From: Candidatus Poribacteria bacterium
GTDB lineage: Bacteria > Poribacteria > WGA-4E > WGA-3G
Length of the DNA: 64,000 nucleotides
Assembly (NCBI GenBank): GCA_965205015.1
Contig: OZ242029.1
Coordinates: forward strand, 5,312,001-5,376,000
Direction: 5' to 3'
A program made the position numbers and the translations under genes. Each line of letters starts with the position of its first letter. Within the stretch, counting starts at the first letter, position 1. Positions 26,127-36,796 of the stretch are shown here, piece after piece. The notes under the pieces were generated by a model. That model saw only the letters and a program-made list of their open reading frames with translations, searched no databases and was not told the origin of the DNA.

Positions 26127-28013
26127 CTAAAATAGAAAACGATACATCGGTGTATCGAGTGTAACAGCGAGGAGACTCCAAAACGCACCGATCACGAACT
26201 CACCGAGCACAATGCCGAGGAAAAACGGAACCGCTTTCCGATGCAAGTGGAGTCCACCGTATTTCAGCACAAGCCACTTCAGCAGCCATCCGACGAAGAT
26301 TGAACCTACCATCGGGTTAATCGCCCAACTGCCAGAGATAGCGTAACCGACTGGGTGTAAATTCCACCAGATGAATCGCATCCGCATCGCAGCGAGGAGT
26401 AACGTCAGGACGAATCCAAACGATGCGAAACCAATCGCAGGGATGTCTGGCGGCGCAGCGTAGGTGAGCCAAGTCTCTAACCGATTAAAAGATTCTCGTC
26501 CGAATCCTGAGAAACCGCCCTCCGAATAATACATGGAGAGATATGCCCAAAATGAACCGAGCGCGCCTAAGACAGACGCCAGCATCATGAGAAGTGAAAA
26601 CCGTCGTAGCGGAATGTTGGCACCCTCCGCCAATTTAAAGCCTTCAAGTTGATGCGGCATGGCGTGTGAACGGTGGGCGCGGTTCAAACAATAGAGATAG
26701 GCGAAACCGGTCAAATTCACGGCTCCCAATCGGCGAATACCTAACAAACGCGGCAACATTTCATCGGGTCCAATAAAATGCAAGTCGTGCACGGGTGAAC
26801 CGAGCTCCGCACGTAAACGGGTAATCGCCATTGCAATCGCGAACCAGATGGCGAAGTAGACGATGATAATCCAAAAGCTCATGCCCATCTTGAGGCAGAA
26901 TCCGATGATGAACGCCGAGGCACCGAGAAATCCGAGGACGATCAGGCGGTATGAAATAGGTTCGTCTGGCTTTGGGGACACGAGTTGCTGTAGAACCCCT
27001 TTCAAATAGCGTCGGCTCATCCAGATCGCCACGACACACAGTCCGAGATATGCCCCGTGGGATTGTTCAGCTTCGTAAGGGAAACGCGGCAATCCGCGCC
27101 ATCCGGCGATAACCCCTAACAACCGTTCCGCTCGCCAGATTAACCAGAATGCCCAACAGGAAAAGGAGAGATCCAGCGGTATAAAGAACGAAAGCCCTAC
27201 ACCGAATGGGAAGACACCGAGCGGACTCCAACCGATACCGCTCCACGGACGCTCTGTGAAGATCTTTCGCAGATCGTATAGTTTCCCGCCGAGACTCGGA
27301 ACCGCAGGAAATAGGAAGTTTAACCCATTGATGATGTCGATTGAGACACCGATCGAAAGTCCGAGCCACATCCACGGGGAACGGAAGAAATTACGGGTCC
27401 GCGTTGTCATCTCAAAAGGCAGTTGAATGATAGGGTAACTGAGCCGTTCCGATTCGACCCACTGCTTCCGAAAGATCAGACTCAGGCAGAGCATGACGAG
27501 GTGGATAGCGACCAAGAAAAGCGTCCACCACAAGATCGCCGGGAGCCATGCCGTCAGGTAACGCGATTCATAGATACTCGCGAACCCGTGGTAATATCCC
27601 TCAAGCACACGTTTATCGCTGACAGCTAACCAGTGTGGGACGTGCAGATGGAAGAGGTTTGCCCAGTCGTTCTCCGGTGTTGCGAACCAGTGGGCATGCC
27701 CGATAATCGGCATAAGGACGAGAAAACGATCTACACCTGCAAGTCCTGCCCCTACTGAAATGCAAGTGTAGATGACGAGCAATTCAGCGCGGTTCAGCGC
27801 AAGCGCGTGATGCAAACGGCGCAAAAGGAGTCCGATGCCCAGGAGGATTAAAATGGTGATAACGGCGTTGTAGAAAAGCGAGACCTGCGTCGGACTGCCA
27901 CCGCCCCGGATAATGGAGGCGGACACCCACCAACAGTTGGCAGGCACTAACACGCAGATAAGGAAAATAGTGAATGGCCGAATTCTGAGATCTTTGGTCG
28001 GAACGGTGTTCAC
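26127..28013 (-). CDS. Large polytopic membrane protein (DUF6785/DUF6784-like), paralog of 18732-20708
   Basis: ATPENDW, FRKQW..ER..YP, WW.LHPVGY, PFFLG...GE. Confidence 0.75.
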   Translation of the reverse strand: MNTVPTKDLRIRPFTIFLICVLVPANCWWVSASIIRGGGSPTQVSLFYNAVITILILLGIGLLLRRLHHALALNRAELLVIYTCISVGAGLAGVDRFLVLMPIIGHAHWFATPENDWANLFHLHVPHWLAVSDKRVLEGYYHGFASIYESRYLTAWLPAILWWTLFLVAIHLVMLCLSLIFRKQWVESERLSYPIIQLPFEMTTRTRNFFRSPWMWLGLSIGVSIDIINGLNFLFPAVPSLGGKLYDLRKIFTERPWSGIGWSPLGVFPFGVGLSFFIPLDLSFSCWAFWLIWRAERLLGVIAGWRGLPRFPYEAEQSHGAYLGLCVVAIWMSRRYLKGVLQQLVSPKPDEPISYRLIVLGFLGASAFIIGFCLKMGMSFWIIIVYFAIWFAIAMAITRLRAELGSPVHDLHFIGPDEMLPRLLGIRRLGAVNLTGFAYLYCLNRAHRSHAMPHQLEGFKLAEGANIPLRRFSLLMMLASVLGALGSFWAYLSMYYSEGGFSGFGRESFNRLETWLTYAAPPDIPAIGFASFGFVLTLLLAAMRMRFIWWNLHPVGYAISGSWAINPMVGSIFVGWLLKWLVLKYGGLHLHRKAVPFFLGIVLGEFVIGAFWSLLAVTLDTPMYRFLF

Positions 28014-28273
28014 CCTCTTTCAAGAAATAACTTTAATATTTTACATCATTTTTTGACTTCAGGCAACATTTTTTACAACTGGGGCTGGACAGCCTGCGAT
28101 CGTGCTTCAGAAACATACCGAATCTCTCGTCAATTTGATTGTTTACTGAAGCGGGGTGTGCTATAATCAAATAACAATCCCGCAAGGAAGCATTAAAAAA
28201 ATTAAACCCGTAGCCCGTAAGCGTAGCGGAGGAGTTTTTGCTTGGGCATTTTTTCAGATATACACAAAGGCAC

Positions 28274-29914
28274 ATGAAAGTTCTAATTTCCCTGACCGAC
28301 CCGCAAGGAAAAAATAAAAAAATCATTTTCATCAGCCTAATCATTCTTATTGGGGTTATCATTTTGCTATCCATTCTCTATCACCGGACCGCGCTGTGGG
28401 AACCGGAACAATATCTTATCGCGCTCCTTCCGAAATCCCCGATTTGCTATTTGACACTCAAGGAATTGAGAGGCTTGGTAGAGACCTTTAATCGCAGTGA
28501 GTTGGGGAAGCAGACTGCTAAGATGCCGATTCTCACTGAGATTCAAAAGCAGCGATGGTGGAAACAACTCGTCTATCAGAAGCAGCTCTGGGAATACGAG
28601 ATGGGCGGTAAACTCGACCTGAAGACGATCACCGGCTATTTTGGCGAGGAAGCCGTTCTCGCACTGTATCGACGTGAAGGAAAACTCTCGTTTCTACTTA
28701 TCACCGCACTGGGGGCACAGGAGAAACTGAGTATTGAAGCGATTACGGCAACGGATGCAATCAACCCAAGATACGAACGGATTCAAACCGATTACAACGG
28801 ATTCACGATCAACACGATCATAGGGTACCCACGCAATTTTAGTTATACCTTCATCGGAAAAATTGGCATCTTAACCCTCGATCCCGTGTTATTGGCTGAG
28901 ACGGTTGACCTCTATAGCGGACTTTCTGGGACAAAAAAGCAAGGATTTCTCGCTGAGCATCCCATGGCGGTGGATATACAGGAGGATTATCACCAGGACA
29001 AAAGCACTGGATATGTAGATGTGCAGCAGTTTATACCGCTGTTCGATACTATGCGTTCCGATGCGCTTGCTAAACAGATTTTGGGGGTGTTTGGGGATTC
29101 AGGCTCTTGGGCGTTTAGCAACCGATATGAAGAAGGTGTGATTGTGTCACGCCATCGGTTCCGAAGCAGTGTTGACCCCGGTCGTTCTGATCTTACAACT
29201 GCGAATGACGCGAAACCCTTCCTTGCTTTCCCCGAACGCACTGCCTTTGTCGCTACGCTTCCCATTCTGAAACAGATGCAAGGACTCTTTGGCGATATCG
29301 ATCTCTCTCAAGTTTTGGGCACGGACTTAACTGTTCTGTTAGTTGCTCCCGATCCGGGTGAAGTATCGGTTGTGCCTTCGTTGGTTTTGCTGGCGCAGGC
29401 GAAGGCGCCCGAGGTCCTAAACGAGGTTTTGCGAATCGTGAAGCACGGAAAGCCCACGATTGCGGGTAAACCCCTCGAATTCTTGGAACCGCAGGATTAC
29501 AAAGGGATAACGCTGCAACCCGTGCGACTTCGTCTCAATTTTCTGTTAGCGGTTACAGGTGGATATGCAATCGTTAACGACTCTTTCGTTTTGGGGACAA
29601 CACTGGCGGGTTTGAAGTCTGTGATTGATACGACCACAGGCAACGCCTCTGTCTTGCAGGATATAGCGTTCTCCGCAGATGCAAGTGGTGTTCAGGCGTT
29701 CATTCAGCCGGAGTTGTTTGTGCCGGAATTGAAACGTTTCCTTCCGATCATAACGGTGCTCCTTTCTCTTTCAGGACAGAAGTTGGACCCGACAGTGACG
29801 CAGCATATCACAGAAAACCTCTTTCCACTGGCGTCTCTCGGTCCGATTACTGCTGAAATGCGTATTGGCGAGCACGGCATGGATACGGAGGTTCGGATCG
29901 TTTTAGAGAAGTAA
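28274..29914 (+). CDS. Hypothetical membrane-anchored protein (DUF3352-like)
   Basis: Long ORF with N-terminal TM helix; ATG after AAAGG. Confidence 0.65.
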   Translation: MKVLISLTDPQGKNKKIIFISLIILIGVIILLSILYHRTALWEPEQYLIALLPKSPICYLTLKELRGLVETFNRSELGKQTAKMPILTEIQKQRWWKQLVYQKQLWEYEMGGKLDLKTITGYFGEEAVLALYRREGKLSFLLITALGAQEKLSIEAITATDAINPRYERIQTDYNGFTINTIIGYPRNFSYTFIGKIGILTLDPVLLAETVDLYSGLSGTKKQGFLAEHPMAVDIQEDYHQDKSTGYVDVQQFIPLFDTMRSDALAKQILGVFGDSGSWAFSNRYEEGVIVSRHRFRSSVDPGRSDLTTANDAKPFLAFPERTAFVATLPILKQMQGLFGDIDLSQVLGTDLTVLLVAPDPGEVSVVPSLVLLAQAKAPEVLNEVLRIVKHGKPTIAGKPLEFLEPQDYKGITLQPVRLRLNFLLAVTGGYAIVNDSFVLGTTLAGLKSVIDTTTGNASVLQDIAFSADASGVQAFIQPELFVPELKRFLPIITVLLSLSGQKLDPTVTQHITENLFPLASLGPITAEMRIGEHGMDTEVRIVLEK

Positions 29915-29975
29915 TTCGCTGTAGCATAAACTGTGAGTTTGTGCCATTTCGGAAAAGATACAGGAGGTTTTTACA

Positions 29976-30323
29976 ATGGAAAAAGACACACTCGAAACCA
30001 TTGCCCAACGTTTAGATCGGTTGGAGAAAACCGTCGCAGAGATGAATCAGAAACTCTCTTCGCTTGTTGAAAAACCAGCGCCGGATGTTCCAATGGGTCC
30101 CGAGGCAAGAGCAAAGATGAGGGGAGCTGAGGCACTAAGAAATAATAAGCAAGATGCACATCTTGCCAAGGAAGCCTTAGACAGGATATTTGAAGAAATG
30201 GGGATTCCACCTGATTTCGATCCGGGTTCTATTGAAGACCTCCGCGAAAGTATGAGGCAAAACGGTATTCGTGCTGAGGATAACGAGTTTAGTCGTGCAA
30301 TTATCGAAGAACGGGAGAAGTAA
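29976..30323 (+). CDS. Hypothetical protein with N-terminal coiled coil
   Basis: AGGAGG RBS; RLDRLEKTVAEM heptads. Confidence 0.7.
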   Translation: MEKDTLETIAQRLDRLEKTVAEMNQKLSSLVEKPAPDVPMGPEARAKMRGAEALRNNKQDAHLAKEALDRIFEEMGIPPDFDPGSIEDLRESMRQNGIRAEDNEFSRAIIEEREK

Positions 30324-30378
30324 CCGTAACCCAGAAGTGGATTCACAACAGATACTCACAGATTGGATAAGTTAATAT

Positions 30379-31431
30379 ATGGAAACAAAGATTGGTATCG
30401 GCATCATCAGTTTCGCACATGGACACGCCAACGCATACTGCAGCCAGATGCAGACGTTTGACGATGTTGAACTCATCGCGTGCTGGGACGATAACGTTGA
30501 ACGCGGAGAAGCCGCGGCAACGCAATACGGCATGCGTTACTCGCCGCACCTTGAAGATATTACCAGTCATCCGGAGATTCACGCCGTTATCGTGACGTCT
30601 GAGACAAATCGACACGCCGAGATGGTGGTCGCAGCAGCATCGGAGGGGAAGGATATCCTCTGCCAAAAACCGATGGCGCTCACCTTGGAAGATTGTGATC
30701 GCATTGCCGAGGTCGTCGAGAAAACGGGTGTGAAATTTATGATGGGTCATCAGATGCGGCGCGATCCAGCAAACATTGCGATGAAAGAACTCATTGACAA
30801 CGGTGTTCTCGGTAAAATTGGGGTCCTACGCCGCCGACACTGCATTAACGCCCTGTTTAGCGAAGCCTTCGTAACCGGACCCAGCCGCTGGCACATCGAT
30901 CCAGAGAAGAACATGGGGATGTTCATGGACGATGCCTCTCACGCAACCGATTTTATCCACTGGATGCTCGGTAAACCGACAAGCGTTATCGCTGAAATTG
31001 ATAACATTTTGACGGATGTTGCGCCTGATGATACGGGGTTGGCTGTCTATCGGTTTGCGGGTGGAGAGATGGCGATTCTGCTGAATACATCCGTTACACT
31101 CGCCGGTGAAAATACAACCGAAATCTACGGCGATGAAGGCGTGGTCATTCAGAACTATGGCGATGCACCCTCATGCAATATCCCCCGTCCCGCAGATGCT
31201 GTCGCACTTAAGTTGTATACGCGTGATGAACCCTTATGGAAGGATCTGGGTATCCCAATCCCGGCGGGTCACGGCGAACGGATTGGTGGGGTGCCTCGAC
31301 CGTTTATTGACTGTCTGAAGAACGGGACGGAGTCCGATGTGACGGTGGAAGATGGACGCGTTGCAGTAGAGATGATTTTGGGGGCATACCGCTCGGCACA
31401 GGAGGGACGGCGCGTCACGTTTCCATTATAA
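30379..31431 (+). CDS. Gfo/Idh/MocA oxidoreductase
   Basis: Rossmann N-terminus, CQKPMA, D..SH..D. Confidence 0.9.
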   Translation: METKIGIGIISFAHGHANAYCSQMQTFDDVELIACWDDNVERGEAAATQYGMRYSPHLEDITSHPEIHAVIVTSETNRHAEMVVAAASEGKDILCQKPMALTLEDCDRIAEVVEKTGVKFMMGHQMRRDPANIAMKELIDNGVLGKIGVLRRRHCINALFSEAFVTGPSRWHIDPEKNMGMFMDDASHATDFIHWMLGKPTSVIAEIDNILTDVAPDDTGLAVYRFAGGEMAILLNTSVTLAGENTTEIYGDEGVVIQNYGDAPSCNIPRPADAVALKLYTRDEPLWKDLGIPIPAGHGERIGGVPRPFIDCLKNGTESDVTVEDGRVAVEMILGAYRSAQEGRRVTFPL

Positions 31432-31458
31432 AAAATGGCATTGTATAATACCTGAACC

Positions 31459-32193
31459 TTATGGGCTGTTGCGCCGCATGATGCTCAAAATCTGACCCGT
31501 CATGCCGCTATCAGAGGGTTGCGCGGCGAGAAACAGTGCCGATGCCACAACCTGCTCCGGCTCTTTCCACGGATCGCTTTCTGCCCTGAAGGTCCCCGCA
31601 TTTTCCCATGAAGCTCTTGAAAGTTCGGTTTTCACAGGACCCGGAATAAGAACATTCGCGATGATGCCGTCCTGCCAAACCTCTTCAGCGATCGCTTGGG
31701 TCAACCCATGCAACGCCGCCTTTGAAGCGCAATAGACACTGAGGTTCGCATGTCCAACCTGTCCCATACCGGAACCGACATTGATGATATTTCCGCTGCC
31801 CTGCTGTTTCATGATCGGCAACGCTGCACGACAGCAACGCACAACACCCATCACATTAATCTGCCACCCCTGTTCCCATTCCGCGTCTGTGCTATCCAAA
31901 AACAGACCTCGCGGATTGATACCGGCATTGTTGACAAGGATATCTATCCCTCCGAACCGATCTACGGTTTGCTGAACGAGGTTTTCCACTTCCGTCTGGA
32001 TACGCAGGTCGGTTGGTACGGTAAGCACTTCCCCACCCAGCTCGGTTATTTCTGCGGCGACTGCGGCGAGTTGTTCGGTACTTCGCGCGGCGATGACAAG
32101 CCGTGCGCCTTCAGCGGCATAGGCGATAGCAATGGCTCTGCCAATGCCGCGCCCGCCACCTGTGATAATAGCGACTTTATCTTTCAGTTGCAT
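31459..32193 (-). CDS. Short-chain dehydrogenase/reductase
   Basis: TGGGRGIG, NNAG, YCASK. Confidence 0.92.
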   Translation of the reverse strand: MQLKDKVAIITGGGRGIGRAIAIAYAAEGARLVIAARSTEQLAAVAAEITELGGEVLTVPTDLRIQTEVENLVQQTVDRFGGIDILVNNAGINPRGLFLDSTDAEWEQGWQINVMGVVRCCRAALPIMKQQGSGNIINVGSGMGQVGHANLSVYCASKAALHGLTQAIAEEVWQDGIIANVLIPGPVKTELSRASWENAGTFRAESDPWKEPEQVVASALFLAAQPSDSGMTGQILSIMRRNSP

Positions 32194-32248
32194 GATTGAT
32201 TCCTTCTGTCGATTCTTCAACCCCGTAGGACGGTCATCTCTGTAGAAT

Positions 32249-33064
32249 TTAGTTTGAGCGGTGCCACATATTCATGAGGCGTGCGAGTTGCCCGCGACTT
32301 GCCTTAATTTTCCGCTCTAAATCTTTGGCGAGCGTCGTCAGCAGATCTGTCCCCGTTTTTTTCGCGGTTTCTACCTGTTGTTTCAGTTGATAGGTGCGTC
32401 CTGCCTTGAGGCGGTTTATCTCAAACCGCAATTGGCTCGCGGCTCGGTTCAGCCTTCCCAGCTCTGTATGTAATGCTTTTCGTTTCTCAGTGGCTGTTTC
32501 TTCAGGGACATGGAGTTCTGTTTCACCGAGGCTTAACCGCTCTAAGGTCTCAATATCTTGTTCGTTATAGGCTCGGTTGATGAGCGGCATCAGTTGTTCT
32601 TGTCGTTCCTCTTCCTTGACATCCATAGCCTTGTCTGGATGATACCGTTTGGCGAGTTTACGGTAGAGGTCTTGTAGGTGTTTCGCTTTGGTATCAGGGA
32701 GTTTGTTCTCTGGAGGCGTTGGTTCTGATTCATTTACCGCTTCGTAGGCGTCAACACGCGCACGACTTGCCCTGAAACAGGATTCCACCCGCGCTTCTAT
32801 CTCTTCTTCACTCACGTTTTCTCGACGCAGTTGCAGGCGGAGGCGGTACTCCTTCATTTCAAGTTCAACTTTGTCAAGTTCGAGGTAGTGTCGGCTAATA
32901 TGTGCGTTGTAGCGTCGCTCAAATACGTCAACTTCTGACTTGAGCGTCTCGATTGCTATGGTAAGTTCTTCTACCTGCCTCTGTCTCGCTTCAATAGCCT
33001 CCAAGAGTCGGGCTGTTTCCTTTTCATCGGTGGTATTGACGTGAATTAAGGCAGCAGGTTTCAT
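32249..33064 (-). CDS. Coiled-coil protein with an internal J-domain-like segment
   Basis: LYRKLAKRYHPD...INRAY flanked by coiled coils. Confidence 0.75.
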   Translation of the reverse strand: MKPAALIHVNTTDEKETARLLEAIEARQRQVEELTIAIETLKSEVDVFERRYNAHISRHYLELDKVELEMKEYRLRLQLRRENVSEEEIEARVESCFRASRARVDAYEAVNESEPTPPENKLPDTKAKHLQDLYRKLAKRYHPDKAMDVKEEERQEQLMPLINRAYNEQDIETLERLSLGETELHVPEETATEKRKALHTELGRLNRAASQLRFEINRLKAGRTYQLKQQVETAKKTGTDLLTTLAKDLERKIKASRGQLARLMNMWHRSN

Positions 33065-33190
33065 AGGAATGTCCTATAGAGCTGACAAAGATCGGTTGTG
33101 CAAACGGGACATGGCATGAAGGTGTCCGAGTTTACGAAAATCTATGACCGATGCGCGGCGGGAAACCGCGCCTACGCGTCTATCTGCAAA

Positions 33191-33550
33191 CTACTTTTTC
33201 CGGTAGGTAATACGTCCCCTTGTAAGATCATAAGGGGAGAGTTCTACAGTTACCTTATCGCCCGGCAAAATTTTGATAAAGAATTTGCGCATTCTGCCAG
33301 AGATATGTGCGAGAATCTGGTGCTTGTTTTCTAATTCCACACGGAACATCGCGTTGGGTAACGGTTCCACAACAGTGCCTTCGACCTCTATTTTATCGTT
33401 TTTAGAGGGCGTTTGTTCCGCGTTTTCAGCTTGAGGTTCCGTATCCACGTTGACATCGGCATCTCGTCGTTTTTTAGATTTCGACTTCCGTTTGGGGTTA
33501 GCCGGCCGCCCCTGCCGTCTTCTTGTATTTCCTGAAGGTCTGCGATTCAC
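33191..33550 (-). CDS. infA: Translation initiation factor IF-1 with N-terminal extension
   Basis: [55 protein letters not shown]; AAGGAG RBS before the GTG start. Confidence 0.92.
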   Translation of the reverse strand: MNRRPSGNTRRRQGRPANPKRKSKSKKRRDADVNVDTEPQAENAEQTPSKNDKIEVEGTVVEPLPNAMFRVELENKHQILAHISGRMRKFFIKILPGDKVTVELSPYDLTRGRITYRKK

Positions 33551-33588
33551 TGTATAAATCTCCTTGTTACGGACACCAGGGTCCGCTA

Positions 33589-34380
33589 TTATTCGTCTTC
33601 AAAACTAAAACGTTTGTTTGCTTCAACAACCAGTTCTTGGAAGTAAGACGTAGCGAGTTCCAATTGCGTTTCAGCATCCGCTTTGTCCGTACTCGTTGAA
33701 ACAAGGTCGACCGGCATCGTCTCTCCATCCGCTTTACGGAGGGCAACGTATGCCTTTAGATAAACATCTGGGTAGCGTTCCATCACCTTCTGCATCAGCG
33801 GTGAAACTTCGGCTTCGAACATATTGACGTGAACCCGCGTCGTTGTAATTTCGGCGCGGTAACGTGCTGCGATTAAGGGTTGAATATGCGTTTCAAAAAT
33901 TGCCTTCATTTCGCGGGGTGGCCCCGGCATCATCATGATTGTAGAAGACTTGTGTACCACACTGATGCAAGGGGCCCATCCTGCGGGGTTCTGCAAAACG
34001 ACAGCCGTTTCCGGCACAGTCGCCATTTTTGTCAGTGCTTCGCTGATCACATCGTTTTTAGACATCTCACGGCGTTTCCGATATTCAGCGATAGTTTCTG
34101 CGTTCACCACAGGTTTCATGCCGATGAGTGAAGCGACCACTTCAACAGTCATATCGTCGGGTGTCGGACCGAGTCCGCCTGTCGTGAGAATCAGCGATGT
34201 TTCCCGTTCTATTGCCGAATCCAATGCCTCGGACATCTCCTCGCGGTTATCGCGTAACATTGTGACGCGCCGGAGTTCGCCACCAATCTGAAGGATTTGC
34301 TGTGCAATCCAGTGGGCATTGGTGTCCTGAATCTGCCCAAGTACTAACTCCGTGCCGATCGAAAACAGTTCAATTGCCAC
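33589..34380 (-). CDS. CinA-like molybdopterin-binding domain protein
   Basis: [32 protein letters not shown]. Confidence 0.88.
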   Translation of the reverse strand: MAIELFSIGTELVLGQIQDTNAHWIAQQILQIGGELRRVTMLRDNREEMSEALDSAIERETSLILTTGGLGPTPDDMTVEVVASLIGMKPVVNAETIAEYRKRREMSKNDVISEALTKMATVPETAVVLQNPAGWAPCISVVHKSSTIMMMPGPPREMKAIFETHIQPLIAARYRAEITTTRVHVNMFEAEVSPLMQKVMERYPDVYLKAYVALRKADGETMPVDLVSTSTDKADAETQLELATSYFQELVVEANKRFSFEDE

Positions 34381-34394
34381 GCTATTCTCCTTGT

Positions 34395-35435
34395 TTATAG
34401 CACCTGTTTAAGAAACTCAAATGCGCCGACACCGTGGAAGCTATGGCCTGCCTCGAAGACTTCAAGGTCCAATTTGTCTTCAGCCCCGAAGCATTTATAA
34501 ATTGCTTTTGCCTCGTTAACCGCAAAGCGGGTGGCTTCAATCGGAAAGATCGTGTCTTCCGTGCCGGATTCAACGAACATCGCGCGCGGTGCGATCAACC
34601 CGGCGATGTCGTACATTTCTGCATATTGTAACACATTTGGTATATAATTGTCTATACAATGGCTAAGGCTCAGGATACTGTCCCGAAACGTGTTGAAGTA
34701 ACCGCTCACAACAGCCGCCTGAACGCGTTCATCAATTGCAGCAGTGAAAAAAGTGGTTGTGCCACCGCCGGAAATTCCCATCACACCGATGCGGTTCATA
34801 TCGACCTCCCGGCGCGTTGCCAAATAGTCAAGGGCGCGCATAGCATCGTAAACCCGCCAACCGACCATTGTATGCCCTAAAAGTAAGGCGGCACCCGCGC
34901 TCGGTTGACACGAGGAACTCCCGCCACCCTTCTCATGAGCGATAGGATCCCGTCGGTGCCCAAACCCGAATTGCTCAATCGCAAGCACAGTGTACCCGTT
35001 TGCCACACACTGGAGCGCGAAGTCGTTCTGATAGCCGCCATATTCTGCTCGCATGGCACCGTCTTCCTCAATTCCGACGATGTCATCTACGCCGCGCCCG
35101 TGACCCGCTAAACAGAGAATCGTGGGTTTCGGGGTTGAATTCTCGAGCGGTTTCGGAGAAAGGAAATATCCGAAAATATTGGCGTGTGGACGACTCTGAA
35201 ACTGCACCGTCTCGCGGGAGTAGGTTGGGAATTCGCAAGTATCCAGAATTTCTGCTTGTAGGTCGCATGTTTCCTGTGGAAAACCACCAACTAATTCGAT
35301 AAGTTTTGCCCGTAGGTCGCGCTGCCAGGCTTCCGCTTCTGCGATACTCGTCGCCTGAAACGCCAGCTGGCGCGGGGTTTCCGCATATAACTGATGCGAA
35401 AATGCTAATGTATCTCGTTCCTGTTCATAATACAT
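34395..35435 (-). CDS. Alpha/beta hydrolase (dienelactone hydrolase / acetyl xylan esterase-like)
   Basis: GHG, GISGGG nucleophile elbow, C.DNY.P, D..F, GH; start set to MYYEQ. Confidence 0.85.
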   Translation of the reverse strand: MYYEQERDTLAFSHQLYAETPRQLAFQATSIAEAEAWQRDLRAKLIELVGGFPQETCDLQAEILDTCEFPTYSRETVQFQSRPHANIFGYFLSPKPLENSTPKPTILCLAGHGRGVDDIVGIEEDGAMRAEYGGYQNDFALQCVANGYTVLAIEQFGFGHRRDPIAHEKGGGSSSCQPSAGAALLLGHTMVGWRVYDAMRALDYLATRREVDMNRIGVMGISGGGTTTFFTAAIDERVQAAVVSGYFNTFRDSILSLSHCIDNYIPNVLQYAEMYDIAGLIAPRAMFVESGTEDTIFPIEATRFAVNEAKAIYKCFGAEDKLDLEVFEAGHSFHGVGAFEFLKQVL

Positions 35436-35520
35436 TCTTTTAATTTTCCTTGCGGTTCGGTAAGCTAAGTTTGAAAATCTCAACCCCTTATTGACAGCAT
35501 CCCTACAAAGATTTATCGGA

Positions 35521-36783
35521 TTATTCATTCAACAAATTTAAGACCAACCCTGTTGCCATCTTCGGATAGAAGTAGGTGGATTTCTGTGGCATTGTCGAGC
35601 CTGCCATAGCCACATCTAAAACCTGTTCAACGGGGGTCGGGTTCATCAGAAGTGCGACCCGATCTGTACCTTCTTTCACGTGTGCAATGGCATCATCTGC
35701 ATAGGCGGTGTAACTGATGTGTTCCGCCACTGTCTCAATTTGGAATAGATTTTTGATGAGGGTTTCTTGAACAAGCGTTACATCCAATTGGTTAGCCGTC
35801 ATTGAATGTGGAATCAACAACCGGTAAGTATCGTCTGCTGTGTACATGCCAACGGCAGGGGCTTTCCCTCTCATCGTATCTAATTTTGCCATGAGATTCG
35901 ACTGTGTGTCAATTTCATGCACCGCAAACACCTCTATCAGTTTAGCGATAGCGTGTCTGATCTGATCTGCCTTGAGGTTAGACAGGAGTCGATGAATTGC
36001 TAAGACTGCCAAACCCGGTGCTTCCATTCTGACAAGGTTCACCATCATGTAATTGTAACCACTGGAGGCGCCGTCTGAGGTCTTCTGAACCATTTCGTCT
36101 CGAAAGGCGAGAGCGGTTTCATAACGATGATGTCCATCGGCGATCAGGAGCGGTTTTTCTGAGAAGCGTGCCTGAATTTCGCTATTGCGTTCTGCGTCGT
36201 CTAAACACCAGAGGTGGTGCGTACTGCCAAAAGTTTCCGGACAGTCGATCTGGGGTTGATTTTCATCGGTGAAACTATTCATGATCCGTTCAATATCCCC
36301 GGCAGGATCGGCGTAGAGAAGGAAGATCGGGCTGAGATTGGCGTGACATTCCCGCATGAGATTGAGGCGATCCGCCTTCGGTCCGGCGTGTGTTTTTTCG
36401 TGGGGTAGGACCACCCGATTTTCAAAGGGTTCCAGTTTCACGAGGGCTATTAAGGCACGGCGTGTATAGTTTTTCCCATCAGGGGCATTAAAAGACTGAT
36501 CGTAGATGTAATACCGGGGTGTTGCGTCTCGGACGAGGGTGCCGTCTGAAATCCACTGCTGCATGCGTACGGCGGCGCGTGTGTACTGGTTCTCATCGTC
36601 AGTGTCATTCTCTTGCGGTTGGCTTAAGATTAAGCGAATGATATTGGCGGGATGGCGTGCCTCTAAAGCGATCCGTTCATCGGATGTGATGACATCGTAA
36701 GGGGGGGCGATGACGTTCTCAATGCTTTTCACTTGGGTCGCGTTGTAGCGTAAGCCTCGAAACGGAATAACTGTTGTTTCCAT
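35521..36783 (-). CDS. DUF1015 family protein
   Basis: PFRG, APPYDVI, PHE.T, IADGHHRY, MPQKSTYFYPK. Confidence 0.9.
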   Translation of the reverse strand: METTVIPFRGLRYNATQVKSIENVIAPPYDVITSDERIALEARHPANIIRLILSQPQENDTDDENQYTRAAVRMQQWISDGTLVRDATPRYYIYDQSFNAPDGKNYTRRALIALVKLEPFENRVVLPHEKTHAGPKADRLNLMRECHANLSPIFLLYADPAGDIERIMNSFTDENQPQIDCPETFGSTHHLWCLDDAERNSEIQARFSEKPLLIADGHHRYETALAFRDEMVQKTSDGASSGYNYMMVNLVRMEAPGLAVLAIHRLLSNLKADQIRHAIAKLIEVFAVHEIDTQSNLMAKLDTMRGKAPAVGMYTADDTYRLLIPHSMTANQLDVTLVQETLIKNLFQIETVAEHISYTAYADDAIAHVKEGTDRVALLMNPTPVEQVLDVAMAGSTMPQKSTYFYPKMATGLVLNLLNE

Positions 36784-36796
36784 GGAACTCCCTGGG

